Assembly (NCBI GenBank): GCA_965644265.1
Contig: OZ286470.1
Coordinates: forward strand, 83,576,001 to 83,640,000
Length of the DNA: 64,000 nucleotides
From: Glycera tridactyla
Taxonomy: Eukaryota
Reading direction: 5' to 3'
The position numbers and the translations under genes are program-made. This document shows, piece after piece, positions 12,201-24,200 of the stretch; the stretch's first letter is position 1; each line of letters begins with the position of its first letter. A model generated the notes under the pieces. The model searched no databases. It saw nothing but the letters and a program-made list of their open reading frames with translations, and had not been told where the DNA came from.

Positions 12201-15200
12201 ACGGGAGTGGAGGAACCACCCATACCTCTCATCCTCACATATGGCACAAACATGCCCAACATTACAAAAGTCCTCAAACGAAACTGGCACCTCCTACGCG
12301 ACTCTCCCCTGGCAAGAGACGTAGTAGGACCTGCTCCACTTATCGCCTACAGACGACCACAAAACATAAGAGAAAAACTGGTAAGAGCAGGAGTCAACTA
12401 CCCACCAGATGACGTCACAATAAACATCGTACAAACACCCACAACAAGAGAACCAAAATGCCCGAAAGTGGTATGCAACTTCTGCGGCCCACTAAGACGA
12501 CAAGAAACATTTAGATGCCCCAACACAGGCACAGTACACAACCTACCAAAAAACCTCAACTGCCATAGTAAAAACGTCGTCTATCTACTATACTGTGAAG
12601 AACATAAAATCCAATATGTAGGAGAAACCAAACGCCCATTCATCATAAGACTCAAGGAACATCTTGCAGACATCAAACACCAGCGAGACAAGCCAGTCGC
12701 AAACCACTTCAAAGAAAGACGACACAGAGCAAAGGAACTGAAGTTCTACATCCTCGAAAAACTCAAGAACACACAGGAAGATGACACAGAAAAGAGAAGA
12801 AGATGCGAGAGAAAATGGACATATTTGTTCCGCTCTTTCCACCCTTACGGTTTGAATAAAATGGGAAAATGAACCATATCTCCACCTTATTTTTGCTTTC
12901 CACTATATCAATTCAGATGGGTGTACCGAAAGGGAAATTCAAAGGTATCAAAATCTTTGAGACAAAATTGAGATAAATGGCACACGCATTCTCTTTCTAT
13001 TACAGATACACACCGCCTTACATACAAAATAACTTGACAATCTCACATCAGAAGAAGACATTTGTACATAATCAGACACAGATCTGCTTGGTTACCAAAT
13101 AATCAAAATATTCAGAAAATATTGCGAGTAGGCAGGATATATTCAAGTGATCAGAAGCAGATGCATTTGGCTGATTAATTTATGATGATATTCGAACCTA
13201 CATCTCACTATATTTAGACAATAAGCACTACAAGAACCTAGATGAACCAGCATTATCTTTCTAGTGAAAAGTAGACCTAGGATATACAAGACGATGGATG
13301 TTATCGATGGAATTGGTGAATTGCCATCTCCTGCTTCCCATCACATCTGATGCGATTCATCAAATCCTCATAACCTGATTACAGCAGATGAGGTGACGGT
13401 AATCAGAAATGAGGCTGTCTCATTAACGTCGCCAATTGTTGGAGTAGATTTCATCCAAGTGACAATTCAATCAATTTCTCACTGATGTCTATTTCAGCCA
13501 GGAAAGCCGTGCCTTGCGCCCACATGTCGCATCGCAATATTCCGAGAATTTCTGACTTAAGGATGTGCTCCATACTAATTGTCCAGACACCACATTGGCT
13601 GAATTATGAGCACCACGTGATCTATATTGAGACGTCCATCAGATCGGATCCCAAGCAAAACATGAAGTTTCCAGGAAAATCATAGACACTGTAGCAGGAA
13701 ACATAGATCGATTGACTTATGTATTGGATATGTAAATTAGTCTATGTGTAGAACTGCTAGAGTTGCCTATATATGGCACGGATAGATTGGCCGTGTATGT
13801 TATTGTTAGATTGGTATATATGGTTCACTTTTGAATTGGCCTTGGTTTGTCATAGGTACGAGAATGTTTGATTGGTGTGTGTAATGCATCATTAGATTGA
13901 TCCATTATCACATGGATGTGCCATTTTCAGGGAAGTGTTGAGTATTGCGTGTGATACTTCACAGCTGAATGAGGACTGCTTTTTGATGATTTCTCCCCTA
14001 ATCCATGTGATAAAAGCAAGACTATATGATCGTGAGGCAAAAACGCAATACCAAACTCGATGTGAATTTCTCCGGATGTCCCGAGGCCGAAATTTACTCC
14101 ACGTCATATAGTCTTGCTATACGTATTGGACTTACATAGGACTGCTAGATCAGCCTGCGTATGTCACTGTAATATTTTCAACTTCTAAATTGGCCAAGTA
14201 TGGCATTGCTTGATTGACAAGACACTATTGAAATTGCCAATGTATGACACTGTTAGAATGGTCGATGTCTGTCACCGTTAGATTGGCCTGTGAATGGCAT
14301 CCTCAGATCGAGATATATATGAATATCCCAGTGATAGTTTGGTATGTGTGCAGGATAATTGGACCGACTCAAGCATTGCACTGTTGAATTGGCTCACCGA
14401 CGGCAATGTTAGTAAGGCCTATTGTTTATATTGTTAGACTGGCCTATGTACAGTACTGTTGGACAACCTTATGTTAGAGACTGATGAAGTGACCAATACG
14501 TTGGACTATTCAGTAGGCCGATGTATGGGAACATGAACCAGTCCGAAGCATTAGAGAGCTATGTTGAACACCCTGACCAATCAATAAAGATCACACGTCA
14601 CAGAAGCCAGGATGAACGTCCTCCATTTGAACTCACAATCAATCGCTCCGCAAGGGGGCTCTTATATACTGCATTATGGTGAGTCCTGCAGAATACTTGA
14701 CAAGCATTGAAGCGGCGATTTCATAGCAAACATAACCATGCATTCTATCCTGATACTTACTTATCATCGATTATATTGCCTAGCCCCGTAAGAAGTGCGC
14801 AAATACCGTTTTACGTTGTTTCTATCGCTACATCAGTGATAAAAGGAGAGGAAGAGAGGGACAGAGAGGAAGAGACAGGGAGAGAGAGATAGGGATAGCA
14901 GGATGGGTAGTATAGGATGCGATCTCACATTTCTCCATACAATGATATTTTTCGTACTTCAAAGAAAGAAGAACACTGCTATTTGTGTCTAATTGTATTT
15001 GACGATGTAAGATAACGAGTTGAATCAAATCAAACTAATTCAACTCACTATAGCAGCAAAAATCATTATAGAAGGATCACCGGAGGACACTTTCAAAAGT
15101 TCAGAAGGGTAATGTAAAACAAGCCCACTGCAACTACTACGAGATGCTGAAATTATCAAATATGCATTCAATGACTAGCATCCTTCGAAAGTTCCCGTCA

Positions 15201-18200
15201 CTGAGGCAGCCATAGACTATAAAAGATGTGTTCGACAGTGTAATTCTACGGAGTTGAAGCGACGAACCAGTGTGAAACAACATGTCTGACTCATGGATAG
15301 GACTGGACAAAACACCGTTTCCACTAAGGCAGGTTTTGTCAAGCTCCAAGTCCACTGTGGAAACCTGAAAATTGTATCAGGTGAATTTATGATGGGTTAA
15401 ATGAATACCACCCAGTTGGGATGCAAGGGTGTCAGTTGTGATGTGACATAGGTTACATCTGGCGGTGGCAGCGTCTGCAGCATCCCTGGTGTCACGTGAT
15501 GGTCGCCGCATCCCGCCGCATCCCGCCGCATCCCGGCTACTGATGCAAGAGATGCTGCTCTATATGGATGGCACCACTATTGATCTATTGATCGTTTTTC
15601 TGTTCGCCTGATTGGACGGTTAGCATCCATCCTCATCAGCTGAAGGCGATCTCCATCAACCCTTGAAATAACACATTTATTTGGGCCTGATGCTCACATT
15701 CCCATTAATCTTGTCCATCTGGTCCATCCCACCCACATATCCCAACTAGACTTAAAAAGAAACACTCTCTCAGATTCCGAGAAAAATCAATCATGGTCCG
15801 ATGACCTAGAATGTCCAGCCCTGACCTTGTCGCATTCGGAGCAATGTCTTTCTTTGATTGAACTTTTCAATCGAATGCGAGGTGGCAGAAAGTAGAGAGA
15901 TTACGGACGCAGATATTAGAACGATCGATTTACCTAACTGAACTTTCCTATTCTTGCATTTCCATACTCCTTCCCTACCCCTACTCGCCCTTCTACCTCC
16001 CCTATTCTTTCTCTTGTTTTTCTTCTCCTTCATCTTCTCCGTCGTCGTCTTCTTCTTCTTTTACTTCTCCACCTCCTACCTCTCTTCTTCTTCTTCTTCT
16101 TCATCTTCTTCTTCTTCTTCATCTTCTTCCTCCTCTTCTTCTTCTCACTCTTCTTCATCTCTTCTCCCTCTTTGTCTCCTCCTCCTCCTACTTCTTTTCC
16201 CTCTTCTCCCTGTTCTATTTTCTTTTTCTTCATCTACTTTCTTTTTCTACTTCTCCTCATACTTCTTCATCTTCTTCCTCTCTTCGCCCTCACCATCCTC
16301 CTAAAGCTCCTTCCCCACTTCTCACTCTTCTTCTTTTCCTCTTTTTTCTTTTTCTTCTACTTCTTCTTCTTGTCCTTCTTCTCTTCCTTCTCCTACCTCT
16401 CTATCTTCTCCTTCTCCTTCTTTTCCTCGTCTTTTTCCTGCTTTGCTGCTGTAATTGCTCGTGGATATCATCTTTTTTTAGCCCCTTCGTCAACCCAATA
16501 TGTCATTGATACTGTGGTGGTTAGATAGGTGGTCTTTAATTGATATGGCGCCTTCATGGTTTATTGCAACAACTGGATTCTCTGTGGACATGACTTTGCA
16601 GGACTCGCCTTTCAAGCAATTTCATTCTCACGTGCTGATGGTCTAACTTTTTCTCCTTCTTCTCCTGCAGTCTATAGATAAATAGTGCAGATATTTATAT
16701 ATTAATGAGAACCTGTGACAAATCGACCATTTCCGTCTTCATGACTTTCGCAGAAACAAGTCATGCAAGGTGGGCATGTACACGGCTATCAATACAACAC
16801 ATATGGTCATACAAAACATTTATCATTCCTACAGATACGGTTAATGAAGCCTTATATTGACTTGTAAACAGAAACGCGGACGCTGTGGACAGGGAAATAG
16901 TNNNNNNNNNNNNNNNNNNNNNNNNNNNNNNNNNNNNNNNNNNNNNNNNNNNNNNNNNNNNNNNNNNNNNNNNNNNNNNNNNNNNNNNNNNNNNNNNNNN
17001 NNNNNNNNNNNNNNNNNNNNNNNNNNNNNNNNNNNNNNNNNNNNNNNNNNNTGCAGGGTCTGACAGTGTGATTACCTCATTCATGGCAATTAGAAAGGCT
17101 GTTTAGCGCTTCATTGTCATTTAGACGATAAAGAGGCCAATATGAAATGCAATTTTCGGTGTATATATTATCGAAGAACACCCTCAAACTTGACATGTTT
17201 ATTACAATATTCTTCAGATTAACTTGTTATGTGGTATAATGGAGCAGGATGCCAACAGGAAATGGCAGTCGGAGCAATAAGTGAGTTGGATTCGGAGTGC
17301 CTGAGAGGGAGCATTGGGGCATAAAATAAACCAGCAATGCCACTAATCTGTCAGAGATCTGATCAATCGTGTAGAATGCCCAGAGCGACCAGCAAAGATT
17401 AATGATCTCCGTCATCAATCAACTCCGCCATTTGTCTACTTCTCAATCTCCTAAGCGACATTTATGTTTCATTTCTCGATGATCCGCCGCGCGTTCCCAA
17501 CCCGCATAGCTTCCGGCCTGTGCCAGTACTTCACAAACTTTCTCACTGGATGGTGGGTCTGTTTTGAGAGAACATTCCGTCAGCATCAGGTGGGCTATAT
17601 TGAGATGCTCATGTAATTAGCATTGGGGGAGGCATTCAAGATTCCTGTCACACACACAGTTCACGTTATGGATTTCACGGTTATGCCCATGCGCATAAAG
17701 GATCCACCATTGTTATTCGAAAAGAGAAGAGAGTTCCCGAAGTGCTCGCTTCTTCAACAATCACTCATTCCTTATGGATTTTTTCGCATGACCATGTATG
17801 AATTGACCCATTACTTGTTGGAAGGATGTAAAAAAATGAAATGAAATGAAATGTTAAGGTTCTAGGTCCACTTTCTCCACTTGAGTAGGGTAAATCAGAC
17901 CACCTCCCAAGGAGGAGCAAAGATGAAGGGTGAAACATTCCTGCATGGTAGGGCCAGGGATTGAACCCCAGAGCCATGGAAGGATGGAATCAATCGACCA
18001 ATCAATCAATCGATCGATCAATCAATCAATCGATTGTAATTCACAGATCTCGTCGACCTCACTTGTATTGAAAGCATATGTCTATCCCATCAATGACGGA
18101 CGAAAAGCTGATGTTTTTAAGGATGCCTGGCTTGCAGGCATCCTTCTTCTCATCACTCTCGTTTGGGACTGCAGTTTAGATGACAAAAAATGGAACATAT

Positions 18201-21200
18201 TTCAACAGTTTATTTGTTCTTCTGTTGAATCGAATCTGGATCAGATAAGTCTTCGAAGCTTCGAACATAATGTCCATATAATACCGCGAAAGTGAAGTTT
18301 TCCCGTGTTGATATATGGTTACCTTACTGATAAAGTTAACCATAGGGTCAAACAACCATGTCACCAAAAGTTGCTGTCTATTTACGAAATAGACATGGTG
18401 AATCTTGTCCGTGAATGTAGTTGAGATGATAACACGAGTGGATGGTATTTTTCAACCATCAGGGACAACACTATGAGACGAGTGGGATTCTAGGCCTCCC
18501 AAGACGACCAAGCAAACAGAATACTTGCATACGTGTCAAGTCAGCAGAACGTCAGCTGACATCTCTCATGATAATTTGACCGACGACAAAAACGACAAAA
18601 ACTACAAAAACGCAGCAAACTATGATGACGTAGTGGAACTATCAAACAATCCTGTAATAACATATTCGGACTCAATTCCAGAGAAGGTCTTTCGAGAGTA
18701 CTTTCCCCAAGTTTATCCAGGAGAGTTCTCCGTCTGTCCTCGAAATTACCATATGGTACGGGATAGTTGACAGGTGCGGTTGGTCTAGATTGCTTGGTTG
18801 ATGATGCCTCAATCGACCAATCAATCAATTGATCAATCAATCAATCAATCAATTGTAATTCACAGATCCCATCGCTCTGACGTGTATTGAAAGCATATGT
18901 CTATCCCGTCATTATTTGGGATATACTAAGACGCTCGTGCAATGGGTATTGGTGAGATCATTCAACCCCACCCACCCATTCTTAATAGAAGGAGAAAAAT
19001 AATGAAATGCTCGGGGGACAGTACATGTGTGAATTTCGGCGGTGTGACTGGGAATGATGTTGGAATGAGATTCATCCCACGACAGATGGACGACCCGCCG
19101 GCCGACTGGTCAACTGGTTTCCCACAACCACCTGGTTTTTCTGGCACATCTTTCGCTGAATGCGGATAAGAATACACAAATGAGATGAAAAATGCACAAA
19201 ACTCTTTCTGTTATCACTCATCCAATCATTACTGGCACGAGGAACAACCGTGGCAACAGCATGCTGATATGATAGTGATATGTGAGGATAAATCAACTGA
19301 TGACTATAACAAGTGAGACAGATGCAGAATACACAAAAAATCTCGTCAGTGATGAGACAAAGATGACCCGAAATCAGTCTTCATATAAAAATCAATTGTG
19401 AGATAAAACAAGAATCCTCGGCAGTGAAAGATCGATCTGATATTCTGCACTGGGTAATATTAAAAAGAATATCGGTCCAATACGCACCTCGTGCGGGAGA
19501 GGCTTCATGAAGACCTTATAAAGACTGCGTCAATTCTATTTATATGGAGATCAGAAAATAAAATTAATTTTGACTTCACTTTCCCCGGATATATCACCAA
19601 AATCTCCCCGTCTGTCACTTCTATGTGCTAGAAATACTTTACAGATGCAATTAAGGAAAATTATTCGGGTGTTATCACATGTATGTGGCATTTTCGATGA
19701 AGTATCAGGTGTTGAGTACTGCATATGTTACTTCACACCTGGGTGAGATCTACTTCTTGATGATTTCTTCCCAATCCATGTTATGAAAGCAAGAACATAA
19801 GGCAGTGAAGTAAAAACGCAATACCGAACAGGGTGTGAATTTCGACCGATGTCACGAGGCAGAAGGCTGAGTGGCATACAGCGAAATCTTCCACCTTGTT
19901 TGGTAGTGCGTTTTTACCTCATGGCCATATATTCTTACCATAATGACGTCCAATTAGGGCAGAGTGCCGATCTTCCATTGACGTGATATTTTGTTATGAT
20001 ACTCACTATTTTTCTTGATTTCTCGGTCGAGATATTCCTGTAGAAAGACTTGTTCTCGTATATTGGTGACATGAGCCAGATGACCGCCCTGGTCCCGACA
20101 TGCGTCCTGGGCGCCCGAGAAGGTGAAAGCTTTTGATATGGTGATGTACCTGGATCCATTGGGGCTCCCACTCGAAAAATGCACCCAACCAGCAGTATCT
20201 GCAAGTAAGACCAAAAACTAGTGTGTTGGATAATTTGGACTATGGACCAGTTCATCCCCCACATGAGACGAGTCAGCAGAAAAAAATCAGCCGATTCCCC
20301 CAGTGTTCAGCCTGAGAGTGAACAGATGTTTCAAACCCTAAATCATGACAGTATCAAAAATAGAAGTCCGAAAATGTGACAGAAATTGCCATTTCAGGCG
20401 TTTCATGCATGTCTCACATATACTGCGATCGGGGCGGGGGTGAATGTTGACAGATTAGGCTGTTTTTTCCGCTTACTTCTTTTATTTCAGGGATGAACTG
20501 GTCCAAAGCACAAATTGATACCCCAACATATTACAAATTATGAACCACCCAACAAAACACTCAACGACATCTTTGAATCTGAGCTGACACCCGTGGAGGT
20601 CCAAATCAGTGTGACCGGGGTCACTTGACAAGTAAAGTGCAAGATCCTTCCACTATCCAGTATATCGTGTTAGACAGCAACACTTCTCACGTTTAAATTG
20701 ACAAGTTTGGGTTGGAAAAGAATCACGACTGGTATTGAACAGAGAGTCCTGAGAAAGTGAATGATTTATCTGATCGCGAGAAGAGTTTAGTTCTTGTGTG
20801 GATTGAGAAGATGAGACACTTGAGTGATGCCTCTATTATGTCCCCATGTTCGAAAAATATGATCACTAGACACAGCCCTACTGAAATGCATCTGCCACCT
20901 GGAATGACCAAGAAGCTGGCACACAGATTTTGACAGGAGAAACGCAGCGCAACAATGGGGTATGAAGAAACAACAATAGTTGGTGTTAGGAAATACTTCC
21001 TATATTGACATCCATGCAGGTGATACAGAGTATAACAAAATCAGGAACTACAGATTCGAGGACCATTTTGATGACTGTCCCACTATGTGTGGCATATCAT
21101 GCATGAAAATAAGCAAGCTTTGGGGACCACAACGATCTCACAAAATCATGACAGAAACCAATGACCATCAGAAGAAAATGCTTGGATTTAATTAGAGTAG

Positions 21201-24200
21201 ATGTTGTTGAAAAGTACAGTCGAACCTGCTCTAAAGACCACCTCTCTATAGGGACCACCTCTCGATAAAGACAACTCTGAGCTGCGACCGTGGTAGTATT
21301 TTCCACAGTAAATGACTTCTCTATAAAGACCACCCGCCTATAAAGACCACTTATTGATGCGACCGAAGGCGGTCTTTATAGACAGGTTCGACTGTACCTT
21401 CGTTCATGAGATTATCATAGACAAAATTCGGTGTCTACAAATTAGGACAGCAAGCAGCCCAACAGTTTATTGTAGGGTGAACTATACCACTGTCTCTCGA
21501 AGGAAAAATATTTCTGGACTTTTTTTTCATAGCACACACTTCTTACTATCAAGACAGACGCGCACAAGTGTCACAAGCAAGCGTTTCACACATGACATAT
21601 CAGTGACAACATATTTGGGGATCGTTATGGCAGACCTGTGCACATATTAGTAACATAACATAGACCAAGACTAGTATGAGGGATAGAGCGCAGTGCATAT
21701 ACCATCCCCACTTTACAAGAGTCAGTCAGTAGAGAAAGGTGGCGAAGATTAGGTTCATCTCCAATGTGATTTGGGGTTGAGTCATGAGCTGTAGCGCTGC
21801 AGAGCTGGTCAGGTTGGCTATTGGTCAGTGATTCTATCAGTCAGAAATTACATGAAAGAAAAGCAAAAGCGCATTCCGGTTTGAGATGAGATGGTTATTG
21901 TTGAGTAGATACAATTGGTGGGTTTGGTGACCTGATACAGAACGATAATTCACCATAGCCATACATCTATCACAATTTATTACTTCATTTCTCTCATCTA
22001 TTGATGAGATCGTGGGTATAACGAAATTTGAGTCAGTATTACAATGAATTGTGATGGCGTAAGTTATCCCTGATGGTCTGAATTATTTCCAGTCGAACAA
22101 TTGTCATCCTTCCCATCCGAAATTGGATTTTGAGTTCAGGGAGGAATCAGCTCTGGGACAGAAATGTACAAGCAACCAAGCGCTAAAAAATTGAAAAAAT
22201 ATCAGATCACAACACATTCTGTCAGTATCGGACAAAATAATCAAAAAGTGTTGACATCGAATCAATTATCAATTTGAACATTGACGAAATCATACTGGAT
22301 GGTTTTATTCTGTATAACAGATCATCCATTCAATATGAACAGAAGGTGAAGGAAGTTGATGTAATGTACATTATTCTGTCTTCATCATTGTCGTTGTTAG
22401 TTATCACATGTGTCTTATGTGTGTTACCCCTGTGTGTTACCTCAAACTTTGCATACTTGAATAATACAATCTGGTCGCGCGATCTCGTGAAAAACACATG
22501 AGCGATCATGAGGTAGGGCCGATAGATGGGAAGAGAGGGAAGGAGTTCAATGCATTGGATAGACGCAGCGCGCGTATGTGATATAAGAGAAATCCCCACT
22601 GGTGTGATAGACCAGGGTGTGATACAACAATGTATATATACTGACCTGCTTCATACTGGTCATCATTATTGCGTAAAAGCGGACTTAATGTGAAAGGTGA
22701 AACTGTACTTTTACCACCATCCCTCAAATCTGTCCCTGCAACACAAACAGGAGAACTGTTACGTCACAGTCAGTCGTGACGTCACCCTGTCAATCCTGAT
22801 CACAGTCAAAGACCCACAATTTAGATAAATCCGTCATAGAGGCCCATTGGAGACAACAATGACGTCATCGTCAAAATATAGAAGGCATCTCCCATTTTAT
22901 AAATGGGGTAATATTATGGTAATGTAGTCTATCTAGTCTTCTTGTAGTCGATATGCGAATTGCTTGAAGGGCCTGAAATTATATCCGTCATAGAGGCCCA
23001 TTGGAGACAACAATGACGTCATCGTCAAAATAAAGAAGGCATCTCCCATATCATAAATGATGGGGTAATCTTGTGGTGATGTAGTCTTTAATCTTCTTGT
23101 AGTCAATATGCGAATTGCTGGAAGGGCCTGAACTTGGACACAGTCAAGCAGATAATCTCACTACCTTATGTCTCTTTGTTATGGGCCCTAACTTTAGCAA
23201 GTCGTGAGCTCATTAATATGCATCAATTAAACATAGGGATCGCTGTATATGTTACCATTAGTTAGCATGCATATGATTCAAGCATGCGATAGGATCTTCT
23301 TGCCAGATAACATGCCTGAAACCTTCTCAACAAACTCAGTTAAAAAAAAAAGAGTTGTGGGATTCCAAAGTTTCTACAACTTCATTATGTCCAGGAGGAC
23401 AGTGGCAATCATTCAGAAAATCATGAAACGAAACATTTCAATGATGCATCATACGATATTAGGATCGGGAATTACAAGAAAATAGTAATGTCGAGGAAAA
23501 GTGTCCAGTGTCATTGCAGGTTGTTTGGAATGGGACATGAGAGAGATACAACAATCGGGGTTCGTAGTCGGTCAGATTGAATCGGCGATCATCCGCATGG
23601 AAAACATCTCATTTTGGAAGCCTCGGAAAAATATCACGAAGAATATCTCCAATAAAGGGAAATAATGAAAATTACTCGAATACTGGCTGAATTTGAGTAT
23701 GTTTGCAGGTATTGGTTCTTTGTGGTCGAGTTTCTATTCTTGAACCGACTCAAGATGTCATCATGAATTCATGACCCGGTACAGAATGTTTGCTCACACA
23801 GTGGAGAGAGATAATCGTATCCGCTCACATCCGGGACGCTTCCTGGAAGCTCGTTCACACCTGAGCCGAATGGCTGGTGAGCCATATTCCGTGACAAGCA
23901 TACGTGTGAAAAGGTTAACGACTCACACAGATGTAATTGTTATAGTATACTGGCTAGCCTGCTCAAAGAGAGCTTCTCCGGAAAATCCTATTGAAGCACT
24001 CAATACCGGACCATGTGAAGGAGACAGATGCCGGTGAACGTGACCTGGATATCTCCCGACGAGCATGTTCATCTTCGAGTCTAACTTAGTATTGATGGTC
24101 GGATACAGACGCAAACAGCTCGGTCCACGATCACCACTCTTGATCACACCTGGGTCGTGTGGAGTGGCAAAGTAATTTCGCCAGACCACTAGTCTATCCA

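Larger units (their letters stand above)
9547..12897 (+). mobile_element. Penelope-like retroelement (Neptune-type), apparently intact, antisense within the lectin gene intron
   Basis: Encodes RT followed by a GIY-YIG endonuclease with a Cys-rich linker. Bounded by the identical 14-mer TTCCACTATATCAA at 9533-9546 and 12898-12911. The plus strand is strongly A/C-rich and T-poor compared with the flanks. Confidence 0.93.

Noticed and set aside
12914-12931. Hammerhead-like CAGATG-GGTGTACC-GAAA after the PLE
   Set aside because: The core deviates from CUGANGA, no stem III or cleavage triplet can be built, and it lies outside the TSD-defined element.
15590-15639. Minus-strand CTGATGA followed by a stem as a hammerhead ribozyme
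   Set aside because: The stem is not followed directly by GAAA.
17950-17980. tRNA gene
   Set aside because: Only a B-box-like motif is present; there is no cloverleaf, so it was treated as a SINE head.
20493-21195. Decayed plus-strand coding region
   Set aside because: It has many stops and no motif I can assign to a family.
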